A stretch of DNA of 63,992 nt, filler included, from Chiloscyllium plagiosum (lineage: Eukaryota), in the NCBI RefSeq assembly GCF_004010195.1. It is 4 parts of one record of this genome, joined end to end, with 100 filler letters (N's around TTAATTAATTAA, not from the genome) between each part and the next. Parts side by side here need not be neighbours in the genome. Positions count along the whole stretch, not along the records: positions 61,019 to 63,992 come from NC_057712.1; 3 more parts are not named here. One strand, written 5' to 3'. Position 1 is the first letter of the stretch. The number at the start of each line of letters is the position of its first letter. Below are positions 63,685-63,992 of this stretch, piece by piece. The position numbers and the translations under genes were made by a program. Under the pieces are notes generated by a model. That model saw nothing but the letters and a program-made list of their open reading frames with translations, was not told where the DNA came from and did not search any database.

Positions 63685-63992
63685 AGAAGATTTGTAGCTC
63701 GGGTGCTCGTTGTTGTGGTTCTGTTTGCCGAGCTGGAAATTTTTGTTGCAAACGTTTCATCCCCTGTCTAGGTGACATCCTCAGTGCTTGGGAGCCTCCT
63801 GTGAAGCGCTTCTGTGGTGTTTCCTCCGGCATTTATAGTGGCCTGTCCCTGCCGCTTCCGGTTGTCAGTTTCAGCTGTCCGCTGTACAGGCCGGTATATT
63901 GGGTCCAGAACGAGGACATGCCGCAACCCAAAGGACTAGCCACACTACCATACATCAAGAACATCTCTGAAATGACAGCCAGACTACTGCGA
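63685..63992. mobile_element. Third Penelope family: inverted terminus (minus, to about 63908) followed by a plus-strand ORF fragment
   Basis: Minus reads LDPIYRP then the terminus; plus reads KGLATLPYIKNISEMTARLLR (RT to GIY-YIG linker). Confidence 0.8.
63748..63787 (-). ncRNA. Minimal hammerhead ribozyme motif
   Basis: Minus strand gca-CTGAGGA-T-GTCACCT agac AGGGGAT-GAA-ACGT-T-tgc. Confidence 0.68.

Overview
Vertebrate genomic DNA, very probably shark (inferred from HE1-type V-SINEs and HER1/CR1 LINEs). Two genes are visible and converge. The last two coding exons of an unusually divergent RPL11 lie on + (2099-2209, 3680-3709, AATAAA at 3732). The last four coding exons of an Elongin A (ELOA)-family gene lie on - (40812-40992, 34098-34221, 29348-29478, 28117-28178), all with GT-AG sites and matching phases. 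The rest is mostly retroelement debris (CR1/HER1, L2, Tx1-like, SINEs, a Gypsy remnant, one MITE). The most striking pattern is the Penelope-like elements. At least three families carry minimal hammerhead-ribozyme motifs in which helix III is replaced by a 4-nt palindrome, and many copies are inverted or fold-back structures with 9-15 bp target-site duplications. A 33-bp minisatellite appears to have grown out of a Deu-domain SINE. There are five N-gaps, three containing an artificial TTAATTAATTAA linker. Protein and repeat-family comparisons are from memory, not database searches.
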